Source of the DNA: Hydrolagus affinis
Taxonomy: Eukaryota
Assembly (NCBI GenBank): GCA_012026655.1
Contig: JAAILG010001356.1
Coordinates: 1 to 64,000 of the forward strand
Direction: 5' to 3'
DNA length: 64,000 nucleotides
Shown: positions 51,304 to 63,640 of the stretch, piece by piece
Numbering within the stretch: the stretch's first letter is position 1
Layout of the letters: each line of letters starts with the position of its first letter
Translations under genes and position numbers: made by a program
The notes under the pieces: generated by a model
Seen by the model: only the letters and a program-made list of their open reading frames with translations
Told to the model about the DNA's origin: nothing
Database searches by the model: none

Positions 51304-51903
51304 GTACTAAAAGAAAATGACTGAAACTGAATGCATAACTTTGTACTGTACTATGGAGTAACCCTGTCATATAACAATCATTTAGGTTCAATATCTCAGA
51401 AGCCAGATTATTATGTAGTGTGGATAAGTGACCAATTTCTGGGTCATCAGGTCACTACTGACACCACTTCCTGCATGTAGCGCATTGCTACATATAAGAA
51501 GCACTGTTGATGTAACATCCCTTAGTGAAGTGATGTCAGCAGCAACCTGCTACAAATACACATATATGCAGGGACAGGCTGCAGTAAGCAACATTGGTGA
51601 CACTTCCTACATGCAGCGTGCACAGGCAGTGCATGAGAAGTGACATCAGCGAAGCTTCCTGAATGGAGCAACTCAAGAAGTTTGAAGTTAGCCTTGTGTT
51701 AATGCAGGAAACTAGCTAATCAGACCCGGAAGCTGGATGTTCAGCTCTTTAGTCATAGTCGATGTTCTAGCGAGCTGCCCTGTATTTCCATAGTTGATGA
51801 TATAACTCGTAACACAACAGAATATATTGCAATATATCTTTAATGTTTATGCATGGATCAACACAATTGTAGAATGCGAAAGCAGTGCTAACTGAGTTGA
51901 ACG

Positions 51904-52230
51904 TGGAGCTCCTGTAGCTCAGTGGTAAGCGCACTCGCATTGCAAGTGTGAGACCTCTGTTCGAATCCAGGCAGGTCAGGGCAAAACCTTGGGCAAGTTT
52001 CCTTACCCCACATGCCTAATAATACTCCGTCCAAAAAAGCCACAAAAATAAAAATTGGTCATTTCATTCCACAACTGTTTGTGGGACACTGCTGTGTGCA
52101 ATTGGCTGCCACGTTTCGCCTACAAATATACAGTCAATTCACTTTACAATATATATTCTGTGAACTGCTTTGAGATGTCAATAAGATGTGGAAAAGGCTA
52201 TATCAAATGTAAGGATTATTATTATTATTA
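51904..52230 (+). mobile_element. Full-length tRNA-derived SINE
   Basis: tggagctcctgtagctcagtggtaagcgc..gttcgaatcc..ggattattattattatt. Confidence 0.9.
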
Positions 52231-53179
52231 TCACCCTGAGCAATACCTTTCTGTCATATTACAGTCCGATTAACCTCAAATACATTGGGTACTTTTCTAC
52301 TTGGTGATCATTGAGAAACTTTCTGTTGTTCTGTTTGTAACACTGTCAGTGGCAGAGGTTTTCTGAAAAATATCATAATAAAGGCGAGGATTGTACCTTA
52401 ACATTTTTTTTTAAAAAAACTGTTTCTGATGGCAAGCGTGCACAGTGTGTGGGAAGTGACATCTGCAGTCCCATTCACTGGGCAGAGTTCAAATCACAGT
52501 CTCCGCTGTCATTCAAACAGGAAGAAAAGCTTGTGCAAGTCCCACTGTTGGCCAGTCACAGAGGGGAATTGATAGAAACCTTGAAGGCACCTTCACAGCT
52601 GCAGACAGAGAGGGCAGAATTGGGGACCTAATTGTAGTGTAATAGAGGATTTAAAAAAAATACAAACAAATGAGTGTTTCCTTCGGTTGTTTTCAATAAT
52701 TAGTTTCCCAAACATTTTAAAATAGCTTCTTAAATCAACCTTGTAATGCACTGCCTTTCTACTACATAACTCACAATACACAAAGCGGAAAGGACCAATG
52801 TTATAATATTATGATCTGTATTTTCCTCTTAGGTAACAGTCTGCATCTCATGAAACTATCAGTGACCCCTCTTAAGTTATTCATTTCAGTAATGGGTAAC
52901 ATTTTAATATTGTGCAGGCAAGGTCAACTTAATGCCCTTTCTCTATCAAATCTGCAATGCGCTTTTAGGGGCACCAATTCTATTTCAACTACTGTTTCTG
53001 AAAATAGGATGGAGGTTGTTTGGGAATCAAATGGATGGCACCATTCAAAGTCATTATCGCTGATTGTGAAACGGGAGACTTGGGAAATACTGCAACATAA
53101 GCTTGCACTGTACACTTCTGTATTTACACAACATGTTGATGGATGTGATAACATTGACCTTTCTCCCAATTTCTTATAG

Positions 53180-53217
53180 GTGATGTGGAACTGGAGTGGG
53201 AAGAAACCACCATGTGA
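53180..53217 (+). CDS. PTPRQ: PTPRQ terminal coding exon (GDVELEWEETTM*)
   Basis: ttatag acceptor; TGA at 53215-53217. Confidence 0.95.
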
Positions 53218-54173
53218 ATCTCGAGCACTGCTAAAGCAGAAGGTTTCTGTGAAGTGATTTCAAAAAATGAATATGAAAGCTTCTATGAGGAAGGGCCAAA
53301 ATTCACCTATAAATAGATTTTTTCCTTAAATTACCTGACTGAGTAATTTCTTTATCACCACTGGATCTGATTGAATTACTACCAAAATTACACTTTTGTG
53401 TTGGATTGAACAGATAATAATTTACATAATAGTCTATTATTGTTTGCATACATTCTGAGTGTCCATTTTCATTACTGAATGCTGGTGGCTTATTTTTATT
53501 CTTTTATATTTTGTTTTTTTTTAACTCTAAGTGAGCCAAACGTGATGTAAAGTTTAATTTTTTCATGGCACTTTGTTGCTTTTTGCTGAGTATATTTGAG
53601 TTTGCAGTTGTATTTGTAAATGTCCATTTGAGTTAAGCTTTGAATTAAATATTACTTTTTTTGAGTTGTCCATATTATTCCAGCTAACATTTTGTTAATT
53701 CTTCTGTATTATTTCCAGTTCTGATCTAATATTCTCCATTAAAGTGCTAGCTGAATTCAGAGTACATTGCCAGAACAGTCTGTGATCCTGAACAGCTGAA
53801 CACTCACCCCCCCTGACACACAGAGATTAATTTCGCACTAGAATTCAGACAGTAGCTCTTCAGGGACACTACTCTTTACAATCACTACTCTATACCAGAT
53901 AAAGCAAAGCTACAAGGTCTGCTGTACACTTGTTTTGATCAGGTTGCGTTCCATTCTTTACTTCTAAGTGATCCTACTACAGTGTTGAAGAGGTAGGGTT
54001 TTTTGTAGATTACAGTACCAGGCTTGACCAGGCATATATTCCTGCCAAACTCATACAATTGTAAATTGAACCAGTTTTACATTTACGCAAGTTTAATGGT
54101 TTGAAGTGTTTTACCCAAGCCACAGCAGACTACACTATTGAGCGTAAAATTGCAAGCCCTTTAAAATACATAA

Positions 54174-54179
54174 AATAAA
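54174..54179 (+). terminator. Candidate PTPRQ polyadenylation signal AATAAA (ATTAAA alternatives near 53644 and 53738)
   Basis: Canonical hexamer about 1 kb after the stop, following an AU-rich 3'UTR. Confidence 0.35.
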
Positions 54180-54619
54180 AGTGGTAGAATGTAAAAATTT
54201 GGAAAGAATCAAGCAATGTTCTTAAACTATATCATTGAATGTATTATCTGCATGTTAAAAACTCTGATTTAATAGACTTTATTTGCTATGTTAATCTTAT
54301 TTGTTAATCCTTTAATCAATATAATTTTAAATCCTGTATAATACAATACTTATTTATACACAATATCCTCCTTAGAGGGAGGCAAGTGGGATATCCTTGG
54401 AACTGAACTGGGCTCCAAAGTGCAATGTTTGGTAACACAATATCAGAATCAAGCCCACCCTCCATGGCGGTCACTGTTGTCCTCCATAATCTGAGCTACG
54501 GTATGTAAGTCTGCAGAGCTCTGTGGGACTCCTGATAACACCAGGATTTGGAGGGGTAGATCAGTCACAGGGAACTGTTCCCTCTCAGCTTCATTAACCC
54601 TGCAAGTCAAAGTCCACTA

Positions 54620-54792
54620 CATCCCCAAACTCTGGAACTCTCTCCCTCAATCCCTCCACCTTGACCCCTCCCTCCACACTTCCAATCCTGCCTAAGCACC
54701 TTCCTTTTTTGATCGTGTTTACTGTCGAGTGCCTAGGGATGTCCTCCAGACATGAAAGGCACCATACAAATGGAATTTTGTTGCTGTTGTTT
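54620..54792 (+). mobile_element. L2-like LINE 3' fragment
   Basis: ctctggaactctctccctc..gggatgtcctccagacatgaaaggc..ttttgttgctgttg. Confidence 0.7.
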
Positions 54793-55314
54793 AACAACAT
54801 TTAAAATCGCACTTTATAACTTGTAACTGGATAGTGACAGAGCAGCAGTGTAGAACTGTATATGCAATACTGTACACCTATTTTTAAGTATAGGATTATT
54901 TATATTTTATGGGGGACAAGTATCTGTTTTTTAATACCTTAGACCCCCTCCCCTCTGGGAGAGCGTTTGTGCACTCCATAAATAGAAACCCTGTGTACAG
55001 TAGCTGAAACTGGAGATATTAAAACAGCAGCAGGTTTTAGTGAGCATCAGATTCCCAACTAACAAAGAAAAATAAGTCCTCAGAGTCTTTCATTAAAAGT
55101 TACACGACTGCTGACAATAATCTGGTTGCGTTCTAAGAGGTACATGACTTTGTGCCTGTTGAAATTAAGAATCAGAAGGGTGTTTAATGCTTTGAAGACT
55201 ACATTGAGGTATTGCCTGTAGACATGGGATGTGCTAACAGAGCTGCCGCTCATTTTTTTCAGTATTGATCTGGCAGAATATTTAAATGGAATTTACACAC
55301 ACTGAAGTAGTTGT

Positions 55315-55785
55315 GTTGGTTTGGCTCAGTGCTGGAACTCTTGCTTCTCATTCAGAAGGTTGTGGGGTGGGGGGCGTTCAAATCCCACGTCGGACCTTAA
55401 ACTCACATGGTCTAGACTGGCATTCCAATGTAGCGCTGGGGGGGGGGGGGGGCTTGTTTTGCTGTCGGTGGTGCAGTCCTTTGGCTGTGATGTTAATCTG
55501 AGGTCCTACCTGCCTGAGATGTTAAAGATATTCAAGCGCTTTGGAGAGTCACCCCGCCTGAGGGGCACTGTATAAATGCAAGTTGTTGTTGCTGTAAAGA
55601 TCCAATGGGACTATTCGAAAATTGGCAGAAGTTTCTATCAGTGTCCTGGCCAACTAATCCCTCAGATAACATTGGCCGCTGGTTTCACGGTTGTTTGTGG
55701 GACATTGCTGTGCCCAACTGTGCTTTGAGACTTGCTTCTGGTGTGATAAGGAGCTCTACGGTATACCAAATACAAAGATCATTAT
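55315..55785 (+). mobile_element. Older Deu-like SINE with an inserted short L2 tail
   Basis: ttggctcagtg..cagaaggttgtgg..gttcaaatccc..gtgtcctggccaac..ttgtgggacattgctgtg. Confidence 0.65.
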
Positions 55786-56608
55786 TGTAGCTTAACACTG
55801 GAGAAAATGTGCACCAAAGCTGTTGTACAATTTCCCGTGCAGTTGTTTCCATACGATACGTGCAATGTCAAAACACTGAAAAAGAACAAGCGTGAAACAT
55901 TGATTAGGCATCGCTTGCACCTTGTAAAACGATGCCATTTAGTTCGTGTTTTAAACAAATACGATTTAGCAGAACATGCCACATGCAGATCATATCCAGC
56001 CCTTAAATTTGCCTGAGCAGCTGATGGCAGGAGAATGGTGCCATTGAGTGCAGAACAATCGGGATGTGTAAGTGCCTGCACAGTTGCTGCCTGATCCCGA
56101 GAGAGACACGGTTAAATAGACACGGGAGCCGCGCTAATAAATCCAGGAGTCTCTAATGAGAGCAGCCCCTGCTCTAAAAGAAACGCTTCATAAGACCAGA
56201 GACAAGCAGCCAATTCCCAGCGCCGCCACCTTCACACGTGCCCGGGGCAGGATTAAAGTGCTTAGTTGGGGGCAGGGGAGAAGAATGGCTTATTAATGGC
56301 AGAAACAAGTATCTTGTGAATGCTCGTGTGTACAAGTCGGCGTTTACTGGTGACGGGAAAAGTGCTATTAAAGATCCGGGATCCCAGCGGCACCTGTTCG
56401 GTCCCAAAGAAAAAAAAACAGGATTATTAATGGGAGATTTGCAAACGACGCACAGCGCGTTTTACACGAGCGAAACAAAGGGCGCGTGTAAGATGGGAAA
56501 TAACGCTGTGCGAGTAATACTGGCTGTTCAAGATCAACAAATCTCGACGACATGCAGAAAAGTCAAGGTCACGTTAAGCGAATCCTTAGGTTTACGGACC
56601 CCCTAGAT

Positions 56609-56923
56609 CAGTGGTTCTCAACCCTTTTCAATAATGTACCCCTTGTTAATTTTCAACATCATCCATCGTGTACCCCCACCCAACCACACACACATACACA
56701 CACACACACCACCCTCATTTCACTTGCATGTTATGACCAAGTTTTTCTTATGTAACAAAATAACCAGCACACACAAAACAAGGGGAATAATAATTAAATA
56801 TACAATTTGGAAGGCTATAAAACGCTAAATAAGAGAACTAAATAAATCAATGTACCGCCACCTGTACCCTCTGGAAGTAATTTTGTACCCCCTGGGGTAT
56901 GTACCCCTAGTTGAGAACCGCTG
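56609..56923. mobile_element. hAT-Charlie-like (MER5-type) MITE
   Basis: TIRs CAGTGGTTCTCAAC / GTTGAGAACCGCTG; 8-bp TSD ccctagat/ccctagag; GTACCCC subterminal repeats. Confidence 0.88.
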
Positions 56924-58893
56924 CCCTAGAGGAGGTCAACTTAAAAGTGATGTTCACATTAAGAGCTAATAAGGTACCCAGGAATAAGCAGGTACAGTAA
57001 CAGGAATAATCACTCTTGAATATTTACTGTAAGATGCCAATGCTAACCACACAGCTCCCTTCTTTTCCTGGCAGGATCCACTCACTGCACGCCAGGTCTG
57101 GATCACAGGGCTAGAGATAAGTGTACACCTACTAATCACATTGATTGATATGTCAGACAGGCTGATCAACCACCCTATGGATTGCTTAATACCTGTCTGG
57201 CTTTACTCTGACAACCCCCTACCCCACCCACCCCACCACCCTACTCCTCACATATTAAACAAATATAATTTACTCTTCACCGTCCCAATAGCGCAATAGT
57301 TTTTAAACTTGGTACTGTATATTGTTGTCCCAAGATCTCGATCCCATAGCTGTCTACTTCAAAAGTATCAGTTCAGTGGTCTGATCCAGGGAGTGAGAAT
57401 CCACACGAACGTGGGCTGGTAGCCTCTGTGGCGTTCTCAAGCGAAGCGTTTATTTGGTCAACTCTGTGTTTAAACGTTATTATTTGTATGTTATTGGGCA
57501 TGGAGCAGAGTTATAAGGGCTTTGTTTTTGCTGACCACTGACCACATCCCCTTTGTGTTATACTCGGTTTCCGACCCCCCAAAATAAAACTTCTAGAGTA
57601 GGCTACCATGGTGGTGGCGGAGGCTGACCAAAGCGCATTCAGTCACCAACAAAAAAGCACTAACGCCTGTAGCACTTGACTCCCCTCTCAGATTAATCGT
57701 GTATCCAAGAATTCAACAATCTTCGTTTTGTCCCTTTGTAATATACAGTGGGATTTTAGCATTTCAGTTAGAACGGCTACATCCAACTGTATAATACACA
57801 GGGATGATATTCAAATGGATTGTGTCATTGCAGTAATTGGGATTTAAAAGACTGCGTTGGATACACAATCTCCCCTCGTTCTCCCTCCAGCTGACTTGTT
57901 TCAATTCTACAGATGGCCTGCACTCACAGTGTTAAAGTAACCTCCTCATCCAAATGTTGATGGAGTCGTTCTATGTGGACTTCCACAGTCCTGTTGTGAT
58001 TTGGAAACAGGGCGATTCTATCGAAATTATAAACTTTAATTTTTATCGGAATTATCGGCATGATTGATTGATTGATTGTATTAAAGCCCAATAATTTGAC
58101 ATCACAAGTGGTATTTTACGAGAATGAGTCCCTTTTGCTGGTCATCGGTGGGATTGTATTAACATTATAAAGTATTTAACTGATTAAAAAAAACAAATAT
58201 TTATTGTTGAAATATTAAATGATGTCCATGCATTTTCCATGTTAATACAGCTTACAGTATTAGCAACATTGAATATTTCAGGCAACATTTTACAAGGTTT
58301 AGCTTTCAATCGCTCCCAGTGTGTAAATGGTTGGCCCTGTTTTCTACATTCTGATTATTCAAATTGTTCTGTTTCTCTAATGCTTGCTTTCTGATATCAG
58401 TTCTGCTGTCCCATCTCATTCTGTCGTAATCCACCTTCTGATTTCGGAAATCCGCTGACATGGGAATATGTTTTGGCTCCTTTATTTCACATAAACATTT
58501 CCCACTACTTGGGTAACTTATTGTCCTGTGTTTGTTACTTGAGGTTAGTTGCTCATATTTGAATGTACGATACGACGATTGGATGGGAAACACTTTGGTC
58601 TCTGGTGAATGTTTAGGGAGGAATAGTCTGATAGAGGAATAGACCGATTGATGGTTTTGATTTGTTCAGGTTTATGATGAAAACATATTGATAACTAGAG
58701 CATCACCGTTGAGTGATTAAGGAATGCAAAGTAACACACGAACGGCGAGATATCTATAAATGTATAGTCCTCAAGAAACGATATCCACGTTTAACTGCTA
58801 TTGGATTAAGAAATGACTTTTGTTAAGTTAAAATAAAATTAAGTTTGTTCGTATACCGAACATCACATCCCCCAGCATTAATGCACAGTGGAA

Positions 58894-59201
58894 TGGAGTC
58901 CTGTGGCTCACTGGTTGGGTTAGGGCATTTGCGTTGCAAGCGAGAGACCCGGGTTCTATTCCAGGCCAGGCCAGGCAGAGTGAAACCCTGGGCAAGTTCC
59001 CTTACTCTCTTATTACTGATAATAATCCCTAAAAAAAAAACACAATAATAAATCAGTCACTTAAATCCACGACTGTTTCGCCCACAAAATATACCGTCAA
59101 TTCACTTTACTGTATATTCTGTGAAGCGCTTTGGGACGTCTAAAAGACGCGAAAAGCGCTATACGAAACGCAAGGATTTTTATTATTATTTATTATTATT
59201 A
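58894..59201 (+). mobile_element. tRNA-derived SINE with an internal deletion, about 1.3 kb upstream of the MYF6 ATG
   Basis: Head and tail present; the gtgggacactgctgtgcgcaattggctg segment is missing. Confidence 0.85.
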
Positions 59202-60339
59202 ATGCTTACGTTCGCAAATTTATGATGTGTTGTTATACCTAGCGAATGACCTGCCCATTATCAGGACAGAAGCACTTAGCACTGGGGTAACAGAGCCCTC
59301 CGGATGATTCGCTGTCCTGTCGCTGTGGCCCGATGAGGTCACTCACTGGAAGGCTGGGTGTTATTTCAGTCGTGATCATTTATCAATGGGGAAATTGACA
59401 CAGGGTCGGGCGTGAGCATCTGCCGGTGAGAAGTGTGGGTCTGAACCACCCACCACAACAAACCTCAACGAAACGCTATACTCTCTTTACAACCTCCACT
59501 AGATAGCTTCTGTTTTCTTTGCAAGGTGGGACGAATGCACTGGGAGAGAGAGAGAGGTGGGGGGAGGGAGGGAGGGAGCTGCTAAAATAAAACGAAAAAA
59601 AAAGACGGATAATAATTGATCTGTTTTGGGGATCTCTGCCCACTCAACATCTAACCAGAAGAAATATACCAGCCACAATGCCACAAGTGTAACGTGACAC
59701 CTTACATTAAAACAAACTGTGCAAAGCTTTACAATATCGTGGAATACAGTACTGTATATGAGTGTGGTGTTTTTTTGAACAGTTTCAAAACAAATAGAGG
59801 GAATATTTTACTTTAAACTTACAATAGCGATCAAGGCGTGTCAGAATAAGACTTTAATTACAACTGGTCTGAAATGGGCTGGTTTGTTTTCTGTACAAAC
59901 TCCTGAATTTATGAGAGGGTTTTAGACTCGTATTCTTCTGGTTTCCCTCTGTTCTGATATCCAACACAAAGAGCCGGCTGGTGTTTGACTCCTATTTAAC
60001 ATGATCCTCAATACCACACAGGACATCATTCTTATAAAATCGAATTCATTCAAACGTATGGTGTTAAATCCTGGGTGCAGAGCAGCTACCGTCTAAAAGC
60101 GGGGAGAAAAACAATAAGTAAAGTATTGAAAAGATGGGATAGGAAGTCATCCCGGCCTTCAGGAATGAGGGGACTCTGTCGGGTAGGGTGCCCGCATCAC
60201 ACTTGGCTGTCACACAAGAAAGCGATCGCGTTTCGCTGTCGCAAGAAACACTACATTTTCTAAATTAGAATTACTGTAATGACAGCGCCCAGGAGGCGCA
60301 GTAAGACAAGACTTGGGGGGGTTGATGCATTGCAACAGC

Positions 60340-60460
60340 TAAATGTTGGATAGAATTTCACTGGCTTCTATATATATATGTATGTATATATAGCATGGTG
60401 ACTTATCATCCAAGTGTTTAAATGCCATCCAGACCCCTCTGCAGCTTTTGATCCACTGTC
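60340..60460 (+). promoter_or_regulatory. MYF6: MYF6 core promoter: TATA/MEF2-like TA tract and 5'UTR start
   Basis: CTATATATATATGTATGTATATATAG followed by GACTTAT..TTAAATGCCATC, resembling the mammalian Mrf4 MEF2/TATA promoter as recalled; about 150 bp before the ATG. Confidence 0.65.
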
Positions 60461-60539
60461 TCTCTCACACATACACACACACACACACCCATTGCCACAC
60501 ACACAGACAGGCAGACAAGACAGACAACCGGCATCCACA

Positions 60540-61061
60540 ATGATGGAGATGTTTGAAACCAACCCCTATTACTATCACGATCAGCGCTATTTGGACAGTG
60601 AGAACGTTGTTTTTCAGCACCTGGACGGGGCCGGGGTGTCTCCTCTGTACCCGGGGAGTGAGGACGGGTTGTCCCCAGTCGGAGACGCCAGCCAAGCGGA
60701 CCCGAGCTGTGATAGCGGAGGCGAGGAGCACGTGTACGCCCCGCCTGGCCTGAAGTCTCACTGTCCCGGACAGTGTCTGATCTGGGCCTGCAAAGCTTGC
60801 AAGAGGAAATCGGCCACCACGGACAGGAGGAAGGCGGCCACGCTCAGGGAAAGGAGAAGGCTGAAGAAAATCAACGAGGCTTTCGATGCATTGAAACGCA
60901 GGACGGTGCCAAACCCCAACCAGAGGTTGCCCAAGGTAGAGATCCTCCGCAGCGCCATTCACTACATAGAGAAACTGCAAGATCTGCTCCACAGCCTGGA
61001 TCAACAGGAGAAAATACAGGAGAACTTGGACCCGATCAGCTGCAACGGCTCACATTCAATG
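60540..61061 (+). CDS. MYF6: MYF6 (MRF4) exon 1: His/Cys-rich basic region and bHLH
   Basis: [11 protein letters not shown]...[18 protein letters not shown]...[45 protein letters not shown]...LDQQEK; gtaag donor at 61062. Confidence 0.97.
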
Positions 61062-61196
61062 GTAAGCGACAGCCGGAGTGTGTCGGTCACCAGTCGGAGA
61101 CCACATCTGCCAATTAATTACAGTGTGGAGGAGGGAGGATTTTTTTTATATAATAAAAGTGGATCGGTGCTTAACTTGTTCTGTGTTTCTTCACAG

Positions 61197-61296
61197 GTAG
61201 GCGCTTCAGACTGCTGGGGAACAAACAGCTGTCCCTCCTCTGAGTGGGGGAATCTGTCTGATCATTCCAGTATCATGAATAAGAATCACAAAGAAG
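61197..61296 (+). CDS. MYF6: MYF6 exon 2 ([33 protein letters not shown])
   Basis: tcacag/gtaat, 100 nt, phase 0-1. Confidence 0.9.
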
Positions 61297-61800
61297 GTAA
61301 TCACCATATATATTGTTGATCGGGGGCTACAGTTAAGTTGCTCTCTTTCAGAAATCTGTGTAGGAACAGAATTTTTTTCTAAAAAAAAACTCAGCGAATA
61401 AGAGTGTTTATTTCCCGAATTTTTTTTAAATATAAAGTGTGTATACTCACAAATATATATATATATAATTTGTGAGTATATACACACACGTGTATTTTGT
61501 ATTATATATATATGTATTATATGTACTTTTCAAATATTTGTACTTCATCGTGAAATGTTGATGCAATAATAAGATGCACTGGGATTCCATCTTGAACCAA
61601 AGTGATTTGAGATTTCCTAAATAGCTCCCGATTTAGAAGAGATGCGGCAGTTATCTTTAAATGTGATGCCTGTGTGTGGGGGTGGGGGGGGGAGTGGGGG
61701 GGCATTTCACTGATACATGTGAGCTGGTGATTGAGGGAGAATGAGACTTCTGACAATGCATATTAATTTATTCCTTGTTTGGTTTCTTTATTGTAACTAG

Positions 61801-61919
61801 GAAACAGTCAAGAATCTGCAGGTACCAGCAGCCTTCGTTACCTGACCTCGATAGTAGACAGTATTTCGACGGAGGAACCCACTACACTCCATACCGAAGA
61901 TTCAACCATAACCAAGTGA
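61801..61919 (+). CDS. MYF6: MYF6 exon 3 with helix III (GNSQESAGTSSLRYLTSIVDSISTEE...TK*)
   Basis: actag acceptor; SSLxxLxSIVDSIS motif typical of MRFs; TGA at 61917-61919. Confidence 0.94.
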
Positions 61920-62322
61920 TGATTCATTACAAACTATTACCTTTCAAGCAGATTTTTACAGGAATTATGATGACAGTTAGCATCGTATTTACATGTCGAA
62001 AAAGGCTTTGCTGGGCTGTACCCAAAACAAAATGATTTATACTGTGCCCAAATGTATTATATGTTTTTAAAGTGTTATTATTGCAAGTTTTGTTTCAAAA
62101 AAAATCCATTCCCTCAGTAGAAGGAAAAGGCCAAAAGTGTAATATCGATTCAATTGACCAACGCTTAATTATGAACTGAAGTTTTGAATAATATGGTAAC
62201 ATGTAAATATGTTTGTACAAATGTTGCTTAGATGTATTTAGTGACAAGTTTCATAATTTTATAAGATGATATATATTTTTCGTTTTAAACGGTATGCATT
62301 CAACGTTTATTGTGAAGACTGA

Positions 62323-62328
62323 ATTAAA
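62323..62328 (+). terminator. Candidate MYF6 polyadenylation signal ATTAAA
   Basis: ATTAAA followed by a U/GU-rich tract (tttattcgttgttttattg) about 400 nt after the stop. Confidence 0.45.
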
Positions 62329-62564
62329 AAAAAGCTCTTTATTCGTTGTTTTATTGACAATGACTGTCCTCTGGGGATTTCATAAAGATGTACAGACATT
62401 TAAAGGGAGAGGTACAGTTTGTACTAAAACTAAACAGTTTTGCTCTGAAAGTTTAGTCAGCAGGGAATTAAATATGAAACCGACACAGCAAGAAATCCGA
62501 AACAAAGTCTCCAAAGTAGATCAAACGCATAGCCACAATATTAATTGCTGCAATGGTTGGACAT

Positions 62565-62680
62565 ATAATAATAATAATCCTTGCATTTGATATAGCGCTT
62601 TTCACGTCTTCTAGACGTCTCAAAGCGCTTCACAGACTATAGTGTAAAGTGAATTAACTGTATAGATGTGGGCAAAATAT
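62565..62680 (-). mobile_element. SINE 3' fragment
   Basis: aataataatccttgcatttgatatagcgcttttcac..gtaaagtgaattaactgta. Confidence 0.85.
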
Positions 62681-63519
62681 CAACAGTCAGCCTCAAACTG
62701 TTGTGATACTCGGTGAATGAGTCACAAATCAACTCACAGATGCAAAATGTAAACACACGTCCAGTGTTACCTGGATTTTCCTTGACCTGTGTTAAACTGG
62801 GGAAATGTAATGCTCTCTGCAAAGCTCTACCACTGCCATGATTCTAACACAAAACACCATCAAATCAAATGGCAGAAATAGAAATGATTTGACTCGGCTA
62901 TTCACAGAGACCACTGTTTCTCTCTGTCTTTTCATTTACATCTGAAGTGGCTTGCAACATATATCTAACTTTTGCAATGGATGTTATCTTCAGAGACCAT
63001 TTTTCGTGTGCATATCTTTATGCCTCGGGTTAGCGAAAATCACATCCATAATATTTAAAACATGCTCTATCCTTTGGACCTGTAGTACTTACCCAACCAA
63101 TATCCTGCTATTCATTGCAGATCAGTTTCATCGGGTTCAGTTCACATTGAGCCCAACGGTAATCTTTGGTCGGGAGGACAGTCGGAAAATAGACTGTATT
63201 CTAAAATGTTTATGTACAATTTGATATTGCACCTTATCGCATCTAAAGAACTCGAAATGCTCAGAATTACTTTGACGAGTATTGATTGTCGTTATGAAAG
63301 TTAAATTGGGAGTTGAGATGAGTAGAAAATTAATCTGATGTCGAACAATTACAATAAGGGGTGAATATTGACTAGGACAATTGATACTATTGTATAAGGT
63401 ATCAACGTGTAACACATTTATTAATTGCAATTTAACCGAATAGCAACATAATTTTATTAGATATTTCAAAATAAGTCCTCAAGCAAACCAAGTGAAATCA
63501 GGTAGGGTTACATCTAAAT

Positions 63520-63640
63520 GTTTATTTTTGTCTGGAGGATCCAGCAAAAGCAAAACCACCAAAGATCATTTCCTACTCCTCAAAGAAAGAGAAAACTGCC
63601 ACTCGATGGGAACGGTGATCAAAAATAGGTCCACAAGATA
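63520..63640. promoter_or_regulatory. Candidate Myf5 early epaxial enhancer-like element
   Basis: Gli-like AACCACCAA (63554-63562) with TCF/LEF-like CTCAAAG (63579-63585) and GATCAAAA nearby, just 3' of MYF6. Confidence 0.4.

Noticed and set aside
56238-56606. 122-aa intergenic ORF
   Set aside because: Non-ATG start, no domain similarity and no splice context
60465-61004. 179-aa antisense ORF over MYF6 exon 1
   Set aside because: Shadow ORF of a GC-rich coding exon; no recognisable product
60414-61319. 301-aa single-exon MYF6 as given by the ORF track
   Set aside because: It includes 5'UTR and intron sequence; the canonical product starts at 60540 and needs exon 3 (helix III)
60540-61919. 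Assignment as MYF5, MYOD or MYOG
   Set aside because: [29 protein letters not shown], [21 protein letters not shown], LDQQEK and the position directly after PTPRQ fit MYF6
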